Assembly: GCA_976226885.1 (NCBI GenBank)
Contig: OZ320314.1
Location: forward strand, 58,962,001-59,026,000
DNA from: Iphione sp. A-MEVVRFRX5
Lineage: Eukaryota
Direction: 5' to 3'
Length of the DNA: 64,000 nucleotides
Shown: piece by piece, positions 62,570 to 64,000 of the stretch
Position numbering within the stretch: position 1 is the first letter of the stretch
Layout: every line of letters begins with the position of its first letter
The notes under the pieces: generated by a model
What the model saw: the letters and a program-made list of their open reading frames with translations, nothing else
The model's database searches: none
What the model was told of the DNA's origin: nothing
Program-made: the position numbers and the translations under genes

Positions 62570-64000
62570 GTCCTGATAGCTTTGTGGCTGGGAACATCAA
62601 ACGCAAACTCCTATCCTGGCGTAACATCACATCCGATCAAAACATACTTAACATCGTCAAGGGCATCACCTTGACTTTCCTTTCCCAGCCACCTGCTAGA
62701 CCTTTCCTTCGCCCACTCCGTTTCGTCCCGCATGAAAGTTCACAAATCGATGCTGCGGTCAATGATCTCCTGCAACAGGGGGTCATTGTCCCCGATGAAC
62801 CACCTTCACCTTTTCAATCTCGCATCTTCCCACGTGCTAAATCAGACGGCTCTGTCCGCATCATCTTAGACCTGTCGGTTCTCAACACTTTCATGCCTTT
62901 CATCCATTTCAAAATGGATACTTTCGAATCAGTAACACAATCACTGTACGAAAATTGCTGGATGGCCTCTGTTGACTTACAGAGCGCGTACCACACCGTG
63001 GCAGTAGACCCCCAATACCAGAAATACCTAGCGTTCACCTGGGGGTCCCACGCCTATCGCTACACTGTAATGCCCTTCGGCTTAACATCAGCCCCAAGGT
63101 TATTTACCAAATTGCTGAAACCACCCCTAGCCCTCTTACACGAAGAGGGGCATGACGTCATTGCATACTTAGACGACCTGCTAATAGTAGCACCTACACC
63201 GACAGCATGCTCAGCCTCGATCAAGAGAGTCACTGACCTCATGTCCGAACTTGGCTTTACCATAAACTGGAACAAATCTTCTCCAACCCCAACGCAACAA
63301 ATAGTGTTCCTAGGCTACAACTTGAACTCAACAAACATGACTATCACACCCACTCAAAAGAAAATCGACAACCTTGTCCCACGAATCGAAGACGTTTTAC
63401 TGGGCACAGAGTTTTCCATCAGGCACATCGCCTCCCTAACAGGGACTCTCGTAGACCTTTCAAAGGCAGCACAATACGGCCTAGGACACTACAAAGCGTT
63501 GGAAAAGGACAAGATCCGAGCCTTGATACGTCACGGAAAAAATTTTGAAGCACCCATGACACTATCCCTGGATAGTCCTGAAGACCTCCGTTGGTGGCTA
63601 ACTAACGCCACTGCTCTATTCAGACCAATTCGAGTACACGCACCCAAAGAGACATTAACCACAGACGCATCAGGGCTCGGCTGGGGCGCAGTTACCCAGA
63701 CACAGGCTGCAGGAGGGAAGTGGCTACCAGAAGAACAGATGTGGCACATTAATGCCCTAGAACTTAAGGCCATCTTATTAGGCCTAAAAACCTTCTTCTC
63801 GGAAAGGCAGACATTCGAACTTTTGATCAGATCTGACAACACCACGGCTGTAGCATACGTCAACAAACAAGGTGGTACAAAATCGTTTCTCTGTGACCGC
63901 TTAGCCAGAAAAATCTGGGCCTTCCTAGAAGCCAGACAAGCCTGGGCGGTTGCCTCTTACATACCAGGCATCGAAAACACAGAAGCCGATTTCCTCTCGA
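62485..64000 (+). CDS. DIRS family B pol (RT + RNase H), -1 frame relative to gag, partial
   Basis: FVAGNI..W..IT.D; GSVRIILDL; VDLQSAYH; MPFGLTSAPRLFTK; YLDD (63166-63177); TDASGLGWGA (63661); HINALEL; SDNTTAV; IPGIENTEADFLS. No stops to the window end. First in-frame ATG is at 62893. Confidence 0.96.

Larger units (their letters stand above)
60800..64000 (+). mobile_element. DIRS1-type YR retrotransposon (family B), apparently intact, runs off the window
   Basis: Uninterrupted gag and RT-RNase H in overlapping frames. The 5' boundary is approximate because the ICR lies outside the window. Confidence 0.92.

Overview
This is animal (invertebrate) genomic DNA with spliceosomal introns, (CT)n/(GA)n microsatellites and four N-gaps. 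Two host genes lie head-to-head. DAXX (minus strand) has exons at 6174-6203 (tentative), 2442-3974, 1937-2050 and 1346-1424, and continues off the left edge. An FNBP1/FNBP1L/CIP4-family F-BAR gene (plus strand) has coding exons at 15230-15253, 18774-18889 and 53588-53647, and continues off the right edge. The introns hold several mobile elements. (1) A ~6.9-kb, nearly intact L2/CR1-group LINE (minus, ~26015-32870) with an unusual three-module layout: an ORF1 (coiled coil + RRM-like core) fused to a NADAR/YbiA-family domain; a separate SGNH-esterase frame with no usable ATG, sitting behind a branch point and 3' splice site; a spacer with covarying hairpins; then APE-RT. This is the best candidate for an undescribed system. 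(2) Two DIRS1-type tyrosine-recombinase retrotransposon families: an internally deleted copy at 6395-9902 with intact ITR/ICR ends plus two relics, and an apparently intact copy from ~60800 running off the window. In both families a phase-1 splice donor just after the gag ATG and an acceptor at the gag/pol overlap would fuse the gag start in frame to pol, predicting a spliced pol mRNA. (3) Several MITEs and LINE remnants. All protein assignments come from motif recognition by eye; no database searches were run, so novelty claims are unverified.
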